Below are positions 16,872 through 25,711 of a stretch of DNA of 64,000 bases, in pieces. Origin of the DNA: Bacillota bacterium. GTDB lineage: Bacteria > Bacillota > Sulfobacillia > JAUYEF01. The position numbers and the translations under genes were made by a program. The stretch covers positions 1,486 to 65,485 of the forward strand of contig JAUYEF010000428.1 in the NCBI GenBank assembly GCA_030691635.1, written 5' to 3'. Within the stretch, counting starts at the first letter, position 1. Each line of letters starts with the position of its first letter. The notes under the pieces are model-generated. The model saw nothing but the letters and a program-made list of their open reading frames with translations, did no database searches and was not told where the DNA came from.

Positions 16872-17789
16872 CTACGCTTCTCTCTTGAGCAGGTCCTCCC
16901 ACTTCTTATCGACCTCGGCCTGGATCGCGGCTAGCAGGTGCTTGTTTTCGGGCTTGAACAGGTGTCTGAAGCGGCCCTGGGCCTTCAGGAATTCGACCAC
17001 CGGCTTTTTCTCGCGCGGCTTGTAGGTGACCTTCACCTTGCCTTCTTCGACCTCGTACAGCGGCCAGAAGCAGGTCTCCACTCCAAGCCTGGTTAAGGCA
17101 ATCGTGTCCGCGGGCTCGTGCCGCCAGCCTCTGTTGCATGACGCCAGGGCGTTGATGAACGCCGGGCCCTTCACGTCGAAAGCCTTCTTGGCCTTGGTCA
17201 CAAGGTCATTCCAGTGCGACGGGGAGCCCTGCGCCACATACGGGATGCCGTGCGCGACCATGATCTCGGTCAGGTCCTTGCGGCCACCGCGCTTACCGGG
17301 GATCACCTCGCCGGCGGGGCTGGTGGTCGTGTCGGCGCCGAGCGGTGTGGCGCTCGAGCGCTGGATGCCAGTGTTCATGTAGGCGCCGTTGTCGTAGCAC
17401 ACGTAGACCATGTCGTGACCGCGCTCCATCGCGCCGGAAAGGGACTGTAGGCCGATATCGTATGTGCCGCCGTCGCCGCCGAACGCCACGAAGTTGACCT
17501 CTTTGTCGTACTTGCCCTGTCGCTTGAGCGAATTATACGCGGCTTCTATGCCCGAAAGCGTGGCGGCCGCGTTCTCGAATGCGTTGTGCATCCAGGGCAC
17601 GTTCCATGCCGTGTAAGGGAAGACCGTCGTGGACACCTCAAGGCAGCCGGTCGCGTTGGCGATGACCACCGGCTTGTCCGAAGCCATGAGGATCTGCCGT
17701 ACGATAGGGGCGGCGCCGCACCCGGCGCACAGCCTGTGGCCGCAGCCCAGGGCCTCGGGCCTGGTGGAAAGCTCTTTGAGATTCGCCAT
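16872..17789 (-). CDS. 2-oxoacid:ferredoxin oxidoreductase beta subunit (pyruvate-type, TPP-binding)
   Basis: 305-aa ORF. CAGCGAAPIVRQ and GGDGGTYDIGLQSLSGAMERGHDMVYVCYDNGAYMNTG. Confidence 0.9.
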   Translation of the reverse strand: MANLKELSTRPEALGCGHRLCAGCGAAPIVRQILMASDKPVVIANATGCLEVSTTVFPYTAWNVPWMHNAFENAAATLSGIEAAYNSLKRQGKYDKEVNFVAFGGDGGTYDIGLQSLSGAMERGHDMVYVCYDNGAYMNTGIQRSSATPLGADTTTSPAGEVIPGKRGGRKDLTEIMVAHGIPYVAQGSPSHWNDLVTKAKKAFDVKGPAFINALASCNRGWRHEPADTIALTRLGVETCFWPLYEVEEGKVKVTYKPREKKPVVEFLKAQGRFRHLFKPENKHLLAAIQAEVDKKWEDLLKREA

Positions 17790-17801
17790 CTTATTCCACC
17801 C

Positions 17802-18983
17802 CTATTCCCGTACGCCCAGGTAGGTTACGAGCCGGCCGTAATGGCCGGTCTTCGCGACCTGAGCGAGTTCGTCGTAGACTGCTTTGATGTCTTTCATCCC
17901 TACGTTCCTTCCCCCGAGCCCGTACACGTAGTTCACCACGGCGGGCTTCTCTTCGGCCTCATAGAGCGCCGAGCGGATCTCGGGGAAGATCGGGCCGCCC
18001 ATCCCGCTGAACCCTTCCGCCCTGTCCATAACGGCGACGGCCTTGACGCCCTTGAGCGCAGCCGCCAGTTCGGCCGCCGGGAACGGTCTGAACATCCTCG
18101 GCTTGAGCAGGCCGGCTTTTACCCCATCGGCTCGCAGAGCGTCCACGACGGGCTTTGCGGTACCGGCCGTGGAGTTCAGCACCACTATCGCGATGTCGGC
18201 GCCGTCCAGGCGGTACGACTCGAAGAAGCCGTATGTTCTGCCGGTCTTCTTGCCGAATTCCTCACTGACTGCCCTCACCACCTGGCCCGCATTGTTCATG
18301 GCCTCGATCTGCGATCGCTTGTGCTCGAAGTAATAGTCTTGGAGGTCAAAAGCGCCGATGGTCATCGGCCTGTCCAGGTCGAGCAGCGCCCTGTCCGGCT
18401 TGTAGGGTCCCGCCCACTGCTTCACGAACTCGTCGTCCTCGACGACCAGGTTCTCCAGCGAGTGGCTCGTTATGAACCCGTCCTGGCACACCATCACGGG
18501 CAGCAGCACATCGGGATGCTCAGCGATGCGGAGAGCCTGAAGGGTGTTGTCGTAGACTTCCTGGGCGTTCTCCGAATACAGCTGGATCCAGCCCGAATCC
18601 CGTGCGCCCATCGTGTCGCCATGGTCGCAGTGGATATTGATCGGCGCGGAAAGAGCCCTGTTCACGACGGGCATCACGATCGGCAGCCTGAGCGACGATG
18701 CAATGTACACGATCTCCCACATGAGCGCAAGGCCCTGGGAAGATGTCGCCGTCATCGCTCTCGCTCCGGCAGCCGACGCGCCCACCGTCGCGCTCATCGC
18801 CGAGTGCTCGCTTTCCACCGTGACGAACTCGGTCTTCACCTTGCCGTCGGCGACGTATTGCGAAAAGCACTGGACTATGTCTGTCTGCGGCGTGATCGGA
18901 TACGCTGCCACCACATCCGGATCGATCTGGCGCATGGCGTAAGCAACCGCCTCATTGCCTGTAAGCGCTACTTTGTTGCTCAC
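17802..18983 (-). CDS. 2-oxoacid:ferredoxin oxidoreductase alpha subunit
   Basis: ALTGNEAVAYAMRQIDPDVVAAYPITPQT. I moved the start to the GTG at 18983, behind a GGGAGGAG SD, which avoids overlap with the delta subunit. Confidence 0.9.
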   Translation of the reverse strand: MSNKVALTGNEAVAYAMRQIDPDVVAAYPITPQTDIVQCFSQYVADGKVKTEFVTVESEHSAMSATVGASAAGARAMTATSSQGLALMWEIVYIASSLRLPIVMPVVNRALSAPINIHCDHGDTMGARDSGWIQLYSENAQEVYDNTLQALRIAEHPDVLLPVMVCQDGFITSHSLENLVVEDDEFVKQWAGPYKPDRALLDLDRPMTIGAFDLQDYYFEHKRSQIEAMNNAGQVVRAVSEEFGKKTGRTYGFFESYRLDGADIAIVVLNSTAGTAKPVVDALRADGVKAGLLKPRMFRPFPAAELAAALKGVKAVAVMDRAEGFSGMGGPIFPEIRSALYEAEEKPAVVNYVYGLGGRNVGMKDIKAVYDELAQVAKTGHYGRLVTYLGVRE

Positions 18984-18999
18984 CTGCGTCTCCTCCCGC

Positions 19000-19308
19000 C
19001 TAAGATGCATCTTCGTTTTCCGGCACCATGTCTATCGCCTTGCCCTTGACAGGGCATTCCTTGGCGCAGATGCCGCAGCCCTTGCAGTACTTGTAGTCTA
19101 TACCGATCATCTTGCCGTCCTCTACTCGTATGGCTGCGTCCGGGCAGTACACCCAGCAGAAGAGGCAGTGGATGCATTTTTCGGGCTTCCACTTGGGGCG
19201 GGTGGTCGTACGCCATTCGCCTGTCTCGTACTCTCGCGCGTTGCCGGCCTCAAGGATCACGCCGCCGCGCGGCAGGTCCTTCCATCCGGGAAGGCGGTCT
19301 TTGGACAC
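19000..19308 (-). CDS. 2-oxoacid:ferredoxin oxidoreductase delta subunit (2x[4Fe-4S] ferredoxin)
   Basis: 102-aa ORF with CIHCLFCWVYCP and CKGCGICAKECP. Confidence 0.9.
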   Translation of the reverse strand: MSKDRLPGWKDLPRGGVILEAGNAREYETGEWRTTTRPKWKPEKCIHCLFCWVYCPDAAIRVEDGKMIGIDYKYCKGCGICAKECPVKGKAIDMVPENEDAS

Positions 19309-19886
19309 TAGCCTCTCACCTCCTGGTAGGCCCTTTCAATAGCCTTGACGTTGCCCTGCACGATCTCGGGCCGCGAGCGGAACTTATGCTCGAGCTGCTC
19401 TCGGATGATCTTCACAAACTCGGCATAGTCCATGATGCCGGCGACTTTCATCAGCGCTCCCATCATGGGCGTGTTGGGTATGTCCCGGCCGATCGTGTCG
19501 ACAGCGATCTTGCTCGCGTCCACCGTGCAGACCCTGTAGCTGTTGCTGCCCTGCATCTTCGCCCGCATCTCCTCAGGCGCCATGCCGGTGTTGATGATGA
19601 CGATTCCGCCCTCAAGCAGGCCTTCAAGCACATCCACTTTCCCTATTAAGGATGGATCAAGAACCATGACGACGCCGGGCTCCTCGACGTGACTGTGTAC
19701 GCTGATGGGCTCGCCGGATATCCGGTTGAACGCAAGCATCGGAGCGCCCATCCGCTCGGGTCCATACTCCGGGAAACCCTGCACGTACATCCCCGCGGCA
19801 GACGCTGCCTCAGCCAGCAGGATAGCCGCAGTCTTGGCCCCCTGGCCGCCGCGCGAATGCCAGCGGATTTCGGTGAGTTGAGGCAT
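19308..19886 (-). CDS. 2-oxoacid:ferredoxin oxidoreductase gamma subunit
   Basis: 192-aa ORF. EIRWHSRGGQGAKTAAILLAEAA; gamma-delta-alpha-beta order. Confidence 0.9.
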   Translation of the reverse strand: MPQLTEIRWHSRGGQGAKTAAILLAEAASAAGMYVQGFPEYGPERMGAPMLAFNRISGEPISVHSHVEEPGVVMVLDPSLIGKVDVLEGLLEGGIVIINTGMAPEEMRAKMQGSNSYRVCTVDASKIAVDTIGRDIPNTPMMGALMKVAGIMDYAEFVKIIREQLEHKFRSRPEIVQGNVKAIERAYQEVRG

Positions 19887-20011
19887 CCACCATCCTCCTC
19901 GTTGTGGTATAACAGGCGCTGGCCGGCCATCCGTTCATCTTGGGGTTTACCAGGCCTTTTGACTCGGTCTGGAAATCAAAACGAAAAAGTCCCGCACCCT
20001 CTAGCCCTAGA

Positions 20012-20054
20012 CTGAAAAATGAAAGCCGCTCCCCTATTCGCCCGGGAGGGCTTT
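20012..20054 (-). terminator. Rho-independent terminator after bofA
   Basis: Minus strand: AAAGCCCTCCC-gggcgaatag-GGGAGCGGCTTT followed by CATTTTTCAG. Confidence 0.6.
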
Positions 20055-20122
20055 CGGCAAGGCTGGTTTACCTAATTCTAAACAATACGCCGAACTGGCG
20101 TCAAGTTATGAGAGCCTGCTCG

Positions 20123-20386
20123 TTATGCGAATACGCGCTGGAGTGCGAACAGCAGGATGACTCCGGGGACGCCCAGATACCCAGCACAAATCGCGGAAAT
20201 GGGATTAAGTGGCAGGTGGATACCGACAAACGCGCCCGGTATATTGATGCAAAACAGAATGAGACCACCCACGACAGCATGATACAACACGAACAGGGCG
20301 TATCTCATTGGTGTGAACAGGAGTCTTATCAACACGTAGATGAGCAAGAGACCGAACGCATACGCGAGCACAGCGTTGTAGTCCAC
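20123..20386 (-). CDS. bofA: Pro-sigmaK processing inhibitor BofA
   Basis: 87-aa two-TM protein ending NPISAICAGYLGVPGVILLFALQ. The position after recR-yaaL matches B. subtilis. Confidence 0.85.
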   Translation of the reverse strand: MDYNAVLAYAFGLLLIYVLIRLLFTPMRYALFVLYHAVVGGLILFCINIPGAFVGIHLPLNPISAICAGYLGVPGVILLFALQRVFA

Positions 20387-20492
20387 GTCCGAACCCTCCC
20401 TAGCCTTATGCCAAACTATACGCGTTCAGTTCCCTGGTTATGTGCAGGCGAGCGAAGGCTTGTGGTGAGACCGGATGAGCCTGCGCGCCTGA

Positions 20493-20840
20493 TTACTCTC
20501 CCGCGCTGGGCTCGTTCTGAACGGGTGCGTCCGTCTTGCCGTCCTCCCGGAAGAGGCAGTCAAGCCCGCTGACCCGGATGTTGTTCTCCTTGGCTTTGGA
20601 GAGCAGGTAGCTGTACTTCTTCTGCGCTGCGCCCAGCATGTATACCGCATGGTCGACCAGTTCCGGCTCTGTAACACAGTCAAAGTACGCAACCGCGCAT
20701 ACCAGTTCGGTGTGGGCCTGCTCGAGCGCATGCACCTCAGGTGGCACCAGCGGTTTCTTATCTCGCGGGATTCCCAGCCACCCTCTGATCTCCGCCAGAA
20801 GGTTCAGCCGCTCGAGTTGTCCACTGGCCACGTCTGGCAC
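20493..20840 (-). CDS. YaaL family protein (DUF2508)
   Basis: 115-aa ORF. VAYFDCVTEPELVDHAVYMLGAAQKKYSYLLSKAKE, with recR-yaaL-bofA synteny. Confidence 0.75.
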   Translation of the reverse strand: MPDVASGQLERLNLLAEIRGWLGIPRDKKPLVPPEVHALEQAHTELVCAVAYFDCVTEPELVDHAVYMLGAAQKKYSYLLSKAKENNIRVSGLDCLFREDGKTDAPVQNEPSAGE

Positions 20841-21033
20841 CTCCCGTCAATCTCGCCCTGGTGACATTGTATGCACCGGGGTACGAGCGCTAGACGGTAT
20901 GATATCCAGAATTAGGTGCTATGAACCAGGGTTTTCCAGGTGGAAGCGCCGGCGATTGGTCTCCTGGTAGCCAACGCGGCGTTTTGGGGTGCGGCTCACG
21001 ACGGCCGGTGCATCTCATGGTAATTCCGACCTG

Positions 21034-21630
21034 TTACATCTGGCGGCGGCCTTCGAGCGCCCTGCTCAGGGTCACTTCATCAGCGTATTCAAGGTCGCCA
21101 CCCACGGGCAGCCCGTGCGCTATGCGCGTGACGAGTATGCCGTAGGGTTTGATCAGCCTGGCGAGGTACATTGCTGTCACCTCGCCCTCCACGCTCGAAT
21201 TCGTAGCTATGATGACCTCTTTCACAGTGCCGTCCCGAAGCCTCGACAGCAGTTCCCTGATGCGGAGCTCATCAGGACCGACACCCTCCATCGGCGAGAT
21301 GGCGCCCTGCAGCACATGATAGAGCCCTTTGAAGTCGCGGGTCCTCTCCATGGCGACCACGTCGCGGGGGTCTTCTACGACGCAGATCATGCTCCGGTCT
21401 CTCAACGGCGCCTGGCATATCGCGCAAGGGTCTTCGTCCGTGAGGTTATAGCAGACAGAGCAGTAGGTCACCTTCTGTTTTGCGTCCACAATGGCCTGCG
21501 CCAGCTGGCGCGCATCTTCGTTCGACCCCTTGAGCAGCCAGAACGCAAGGCGCTGGGCCGTCTTCGGGCCTATCCCCGGGAGCTTCGTCAGTTCCTCGAT
21601 GAGGCGGGCGATCGGTGCCGCGTATAACAT
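21034..21630 (-). CDS. recR: Recombination protein RecR
   Basis: 198-aa [24 protein letters not shown], the zinc finger [16 protein letters not shown], and a Toprim region. Confidence 0.95.
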   Translation of the reverse strand: MLYAAPIARLIEELTKLPGIGPKTAQRLAFWLLKGSNEDARQLAQAIVDAKQKVTYCSVCYNLTDEDPCAICQAPLRDRSMICVVEDPRDVVAMERTRDFKGLYHVLQGAISPMEGVGPDELRIRELLSRLRDGTVKEVIIATNSSVEGEVTAMYLARLIKPYGILVTRIAHGLPVGGDLEYADEVTLSRALEGRRQM

Positions 21631-21641
21631 GACCCCGGCCT

Positions 21642-21959
21642 CTACATTATTCCGGGAATCTTCAGCTTGGACATCTCATCGTTCATCATGTCCTGCGCCT
21701 TCCTGATTCCCTCGTTGGTTGCCGCCAAGATCAAGTCCTGGAGCATCTCTACGTCTTCCGGGTCGACGGCCTCGGGGTTGATCTGGACTGAGAGCACCTC
21801 AAGCTTCCCGTTGACGACCACCTTCACTGTCCCGCCGCCGGCCTGGGCCTCGACTGTCCGGGCGGACACTTCCTCCTGTATCCGTTTGAGGTCGGATTGC
21901 GCCTTCTCGATCTGCTTCATCATCTTCTGCATGTTCATCCCGCCGCCGAACCCTTTCAC
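21642..21959 (-). CDS. YbaB/EbfC family nucleoid-associated protein
   Basis: 105-aa [24 protein letters not shown]...[11 protein letters not shown]. Confidence 0.95.
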   Translation of the reverse strand: MKGFGGGMNMQKMMKQIEKAQSDLKRIQEEVSARTVEAQAGGGTVKVVVNGKLEVLSVQINPEAVDPEDVEMLQDLILAATNEGIRKAQDMMNDEMSKLKIPGIM

Positions 21960-21979
21960 ACCGGTTCCTCCTATCCAGT

Positions 21980-23584
21980 CTAACGCTGTGGCTTTTCGTC
22001 TGGTATTATCTCCCCTCCGAAGGCCTCAAGCACGCTTTTCACGAGCGGGTCTTCGGCAGGGTCCTTAGGGGCCTGCTTGGGGGCGCTGGCCGCCTCAAAC
22101 CGTGTCTTCACCGGCTGCCCGAGCGAGGCCGCAAGGGCTTTCTCCAGAACATCACGGTTCTCAGGCTTGTACATAATTTCTGTATGCGACGGATACACAA
22201 ACGTCAAGACGACCGTCCCGTCCTTGACAGTCCCTGGCTTCACGTAATGGAGAAGCGCCCCGACCGTTGGCCTTTCCTTCTTTGCACGCTCAATCACCGC
22301 AGCCCACGCCTTCCTCGCCGCGTCCGGGTCAAGCCGCACGGCATCGCCCTGCACGCTCGCCGCCGGTTCTGCCGCGGGCACACGAGACTGGAGGGCCGCA
22401 TCGGGTGGCGTGGGCACCCTGCCTGCCTGGGTCATCTTATCCGCCTGGGTCACCTTATCCGGCTGGGCCGCCGGGCCGGACTTCTGCGCGGGTGCGCCTG
22501 CGGGCGTCGCCTTGTTCGCCAGCGAAAGCAGGCATGTCTCCAGCACAAGACGTGGGCTGGCGTTCCAGCGCATCTCTGTCTCCGCCTCGGTCACCGCTTT
22601 CAGAGCGTCTATCAAGAAGGTGGCAGGGAGCAGCGCTGCCTCTCGCCCAAGTTGTTCGAGATCGCTCTCGGAGTGGCGAACACCACGTTTCGTCTTTGAG
22701 TCAACCAGCAACAGGTCCCGTATCCTCGCCCCGAGGTCTTTCGTGAACTGGCGCAGGTCACGACCTGTCTTCTGCACCTCATCAACAAGTTCGAAGATCG
22801 ATGCCAGGTCCTTTTCAGCTATCGCCACGACCGCACGGGACAGCGCCATCTTGTCCGGGATACCGAGAATGGACAGGACGACATCCTCTCCGACGTGGCC
22901 CTCTCCAAGCGAAAATGCCTGGTCAAGCACGCTGATCGCGTCCCGGAGCGCCCCGTCTGCCGCGCGTGCGATGGAGATGAGGGCCTCCTGATCGGCAGTC
23001 CCGCCCGCAGCTTCGGTGACCTCCTGCAGCCGGCCGACGATTTGCTCGGGCTCGAGCCGGTGGAAATCGAAACGCTGGCAGCGGGACAGGATGGTCAATG
23101 GAATCTTGTGCGCCTCGGTGGTGGCCAGGATAAACAGCGCGTGGGGCGGGGGCTCTTCGAGCGTCTTAAGCAGGGCGTTGAACGCCTCAGGCGTGAGCAT
23201 GTGGACTTCGTCGATTATGTAGACCTTGTACCTACACTCAGCCGGGTAGAACCTGACCTTCTCCCTGAGGTCCCTTATCTCATCAATGCCCCTGTTGCTC
23301 GCCGCGTCGATCTCGATCACGTCGAGGCAGTTCAAGGAGAGAATGGATTCGCAGCACGTGCATGCCCCGCATGGCTCGACCGACACACCTTGCTTGCAGT
23401 TGACGGCGCGCGCGAGTATGCGGGCCACCGTCGTCTTGCCCACTCCCCTCGGCCCTGCGAACAGGTATGCGTGTGCCAGTCTGCCCTGCGACAGCGCGTT
23501 CGCCAGAGTGGTGGTCACGTGCTCTTGCCCAACCACTTCCTTCAAGATCTTCGGCCGGTGTTGGCGGTAAAGCACTGTGTACAT
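21980..23584 (-). CDS. dnaX: DNA polymerase III subunit gamma/tau
   Basis: The start is set to the ATG at 23584 (MYTVLYRQHRPKILKEVVGQEHV). It has the Walker A motif GPRGVGKTT and the zinc module CGACTCC. The upstream part of the track ORF overlaps the SRP RNA terminator region. Confidence 0.95.
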   Translation of the reverse strand: MYTVLYRQHRPKILKEVVGQEHVTTTLANALSQGRLAHAYLFAGPRGVGKTTVARILARAVNCKQGVSVEPCGACTCCESILSLNCLDVIEIDAASNRGIDEIRDLREKVRFYPAECRYKVYIIDEVHMLTPEAFNALLKTLEEPPPHALFILATTEAHKIPLTILSRCQRFDFHRLEPEQIVGRLQEVTEAAGGTADQEALISIARAADGALRDAISVLDQAFSLGEGHVGEDVVLSILGIPDKMALSRAVVAIAEKDLASIFELVDEVQKTGRDLRQFTKDLGARIRDLLLVDSKTKRGVRHSESDLEQLGREAALLPATFLIDALKAVTEAETEMRWNASPRLVLETCLLSLANKATPAGAPAQKSGPAAQPDKVTQADKMTQAGRVPTPPDAALQSRVPAAEPAASVQGDAVRLDPDAARKAWAAVIERAKKERPTVGALLHYVKPGTVKDGTVVLTFVYPSHTEIMYKPENRDVLEKALAASLGQPVKTRFEAASAPKQAPKDPAEDPLVKSVLEAFGGEIIPDEKPQR

Positions 23585-23689
23585 TCGGAACCCCCGTTCG
23601 TGTCCTGCCGCTCGGACTTCTCCAGAGCGGTGCGCGTTTCCTCCAGCGCGCGGATTGCGCGCACGAGCCGGCAGAGCCCGCAGAAACAT

Positions 23690-23995
23690 CAGAAGACCTG
23701 GGGCATGACGCCCACAGGTCTTCTGTCCAATCTTATTGGCCGCGCACCCACCTTCGTCGGGTGGCTCCAGGCGGTATCCACGCAGCCGGCTCCGGCCAGG
23801 AGTGCCGCGGCACACGAAAGGGGCTGCTTACCGTTGCTTCCTCCCGGACCTGGCGGGGTTCACAGCTTTCCGTTGCGCGGGGCCAAGCCTTCTTCACCAC
23901 TTACGTGGGCCAGGGCCCCACAGCCACACGCCTCGGGGGGGGATTCGACCCCGCTGTAGCGGATTGCGGGTGCAGGGCACCGCTACCTCCCCGTC
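23690..23995 (-). ncRNA. ffs: Signal recognition particle RNA (probably the long Bacillus type); ends approximate
   Basis: The minus strand at 23853-23821 reads CCAGGTCCGGGAGGAAGCAACGGTAAGCAGCCC, the invariant domain IV motif with a GGGA tetraloop. It sits between tadA/tRNAs and dnaX exactly as scr does in B. subtilis. Upstream hairpins (GTAGCGG...CCGCTAC, GGGG-TCGAATC-CCCC) are consistent with an Alu domain. A hairpin plus ATGTTTCTG lies at 23725-23681. Confidence 0.8.
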
Positions 23996-24014
23996 TAGCG
24001 CGACCAAGCTGTTG

Positions 24015-24044
24015 ACAAACACAACCCGGCGAAAGGCCCCGGGT
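24015..24044 (-). terminator. Terminator after the tRNA-Ser pair
   Basis: Minus strand: ACCCGG-ggcctttcg-CCGGGT followed by TGTGTTTGT. Confidence 0.5.
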
Positions 24045-24057
24045 CTTGACATCAAAA

Positions 24058-24149
24058 TGGCGGAAGGAGTGGGATTCGAACCCACGAGACAGGTTTCCCG
24101 TCTACACGCTCTCCAGGCGTGCCCGTTCAGCCATCTCCGGCATCCTTCC
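24058..24149 (-). tRNA. tRNA-Ser (anticodon GGA), CCA encoded
   Basis: Reverse complement: GGAAGGATGCCGGAGATGGCTGAACGGGCACGCCTGGAGAGCGTG...GGGTTCGAATCCCACTCCTTCCGCCA. It has a 7-bp acceptor, a CU-GGA-GA loop and a long variable arm. Confidence 0.9.
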
Positions 24150-24150
24150 A

Positions 24151-24241
24151 TGGCGGAGAGGGTGGGATTCGAACCCACGAGGCGCCTAATACGCCTACCC
24201 GCTTTCGAGGCGGGCTCGTTCAACCGCTCTGACACCTCTCC
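24151..24241 (-). tRNA. tRNA-Ser (anticodon CGA), CCA encoded
   Basis: Reverse complement: GGAGAGGTGTCAGAGCGGTTGAACGAGCCCGCCTCGAAAGCGGG...GGGTTCGAATCCCACCCTCTCCGCCA. The anticodon loop is CU-CGA-AA. Confidence 0.9.
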
Positions 24242-24252
24242 GGTAACAAGAC

Positions 24253-24726
24253 CTATTCAGTTTGACGTCGTTCGCGGAAGAAGCGCTTCAGGATCTCGCC
24301 GCATTCTTCTCCAAGCACGCCCTGGATGACTTCAGGACGGTGGTTGAGCGCGACCGTACCAAGGACATCCATCACCGAGCCCGCCGCGCCGGCTCTCGGA
24401 TCGCAGGCGCCGAACACCACCAGCGGTATCCGGGCCTCCACGATAGCCCCCGCGCACATCGGACACGGCTCAAGCGTGACATACAGCGTCGTGCCTTCAA
24501 GACGCCACGCGCCCACGGCGCGCGCCGCGCCCCTGATCGCCAGCATCTCTGCGTGGGCCGTGGGATCGCGGGAAGTCTCTGTCAAGTTGTGGGCCCTCGC
24601 GATGATCTCCGAGCCCTTCACCACAACAGCGCCCACCGGGACCTCGCCGAGAACCAGCGCTATGGCGGCCTCTTGCAGCGCTTCCCGCATGAACGCCTTG
24701 TGGCCTGACGCGAATTGGGCCGGCAA
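24253..24726 (-). CDS. tadA: tRNA adenosine(34) deaminase
   Basis: 157-aa ORF. HAEMLAIRGAA...TLEPCPMCAGAI (CDA zinc motifs). Confidence 0.9.
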   Translation of the reverse strand: MPAQFASGHKAFMREALQEAAIALVLGEVPVGAVVVKGSEIIARAHNLTETSRDPTAHAEMLAIRGAARAVGAWRLEGTTLYVTLEPCPMCAGAIVEARIPLVVFGACDPRAGAAGSVMDVLGTVALNHRPEVIQGVLGEECGEILKRFFRERRQTE

Positions 24727-24756
24727 GCCGCTCGAGCACCTTCTTTGACAGACAAA

Positions 24757-24835
24757 TGGTGCGCCCGGGAGGACTCGAACCTCCGGCTGACGAGGATTAG
24801 GAATCCTCCGCTCTGTCCACCTGAGCTACGGGCGC
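24757..24835 (-). tRNA. tRNA-Arg (anticodon CCT)
   Basis: Reverse complement: GCGCCCGTAGCTCAGGTGGACAGAGCGGAGGATTCCTAATCCTC...GGAGGTTCGAGTCCTCCCGGGCGCACCA. At 79 nt the variable region is slightly long. Confidence 0.85.
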
Positions 24836-24858
24836 ATCGAAAAACACGGGTATTAAAA

Positions 24859-24935
<77 letters not shown>

Positions 24936-25027
24936 TCATGTTGCAGAGGTTATGATAACACAAAGCACCGCCTTGATTCAAGGACGGCAGGCCCGCGCGT
25001 CCCAAGAGTAACGTCTCAGGAGCAACG

Positions 25028-25057
25028 GAGAAACAAACAGGGCCGGCTGGGCCCCTG
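25028..25057 (-). terminator. Terminator after tRNA-Ser(GCT)
   Basis: Minus strand: CAGGGGCC-cagcc-GGCCCTG followed by TTTGTTTCT. Confidence 0.55.
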
Positions 25058-25065
25058 GAGAATTA

Positions 25066-25163
25066 TGGCGGAGAGGGAGGGATTCGAACCCTCGCTAGAG
25101 CTTTTCAGTGCCCTACTACAGGTTTAGCAAACCCGCCCCTTCAGCCGGCTTGGGTACCTCTCC
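25066..25163 (-). tRNA. tRNA-Ser (anticodon GCT), unusually long variable arm
   Basis: Reverse complement: GGAGAGGTACCCAAGCCGGCTGAAGGGGCGGGTTTGCTAAACCTG...GAGGGTTCGAATCCCTCCCTCTCCGCCA, 98 nt. Confidence 0.8.
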
Positions 25164-25278
25164 GCAGTATCGGCTGAACCTGGCCCGCTCTCATCGCGCA
25201 GGCGCAAACTATCATATCACGTCGATCTGGAGTCCGGCAATAAACAGCAGCATGAGGCATTGTTGGCAGCAATTGGTG

Positions 25279-25363
25279 TGGCGGAGGGGACAGGACTCGA
25301 ACCTGCAAGCCCCGAAGGGCGGTGGTTTTCAAGACCACTGCGCTACCATTACGCGACCCCTCC
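25279..25363 (-). tRNA. tRNA-Ser (anticodon TGA)
   Basis: Reverse complement: GGAGGGGTCGCGTAATGGTAGCGCAGTGGTCTTGAAAACCAC-CGCCCTTCGGGGCT-TGCAGGTTCGAGTCCTGTCCCCTCCGCCA. The loop is CU-UGA-AA. It has its own promoter (TTGCAG-17-TATACT) at about 25390-25418. Confidence 0.8.
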
Positions 25364-25442
25364 GCGAGCGGCTGCGCCGGTATTATTGAGTATATCATCG
25401 AGCGCGCGGGCCTGCAAACACGCGGAATTCCGGCAATGCGGA

Positions 25443-25475
25443 CAAAAAGGGGGTTTCGTGAGAAACCCCCGGCTT
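25443..25475 (-). terminator. Strong rho-independent terminator
   Basis: Minus strand: GGGGGTTTC-tcac-GAAACCCCC followed by TTTTTGT. Confidence 0.75.
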
Positions 25476-25705
25476 GAGAAAGCCAGACGCTGAAGAGCTT
25501 TCGACCCTCAACGTCTCTTACTGTTCTAACTGGAGCGTCGTCAGTTGCTGCGCTTGTTCTGCGATGTTGCCACGATGTTGCCTCGTCTAGTCAGGTCTGG
25601 TCTGCGGCTGTATTACGGACATGTCGCGTCTTTTTGTGCCGATGTTGCTTCGATCTGGTGCGAATGTGCTGCGATGGGTGCATCGGTGAGCGTCTAGCCT
25701 TTCCG
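25443..25705 (-). ncRNA. Unassigned ~260-nt RNA candidate (promoter-to-terminator unit)
   Basis: It is bounded by a near-consensus promoter and an intrinsic terminator. There is no ORF of 60 aa or more on either strand. The 5' and 3' ends can form a 14-bp closing helix. Internally it has GCAACAUCG x3. See findings. Confidence 0.45.
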
Positions 25706-25711
25706 CAACTG

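Noticed and set aside
17586-19049. 487-aa plus-strand ORF
   Set aside because: It is antisense to the oxidoreductase alpha/beta genes. Its translation is Arg/His/Gly/Pro-rich low complexity, typical of shadow frames in GC-rich DNA, while the opposite strand carries unmistakable TPP and ferredoxin-oxidoreductase motifs.
23935-23995. tRNA-like element (GGGGTCGAATCCCC resembles a T-arm)
   Set aside because: No acceptor stem, anticodon arm or CCA can be formed. The two hairpins closed by CGGGG/CCCCG fit better as the Alu-domain helices at the 5' end of the long SRP RNA.
25279-25363. Possible selenocysteine tRNA
   Set aside because: The anticodon loop reads CU-UGA-AA. The anticodon is therefore UGA (decoding UCA, Ser), not UCA. 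The acceptor stem is 7 bp with G73, as in the other tRNA-Ser genes.
25540-25690. Small ORFs in the unassigned RNA locus (a 30-aa basic peptide on the minus strand; a ~50-aa Cys-rich frame on the plus strand)
   Set aside because: There is no convincing SD for the minus-strand ORF. Third-position GC is about 55 percent, against much higher values in neighbouring genes. The promoter and terminator orientations support only the minus strand. I kept this as an alternative to be tested, not as a feature.
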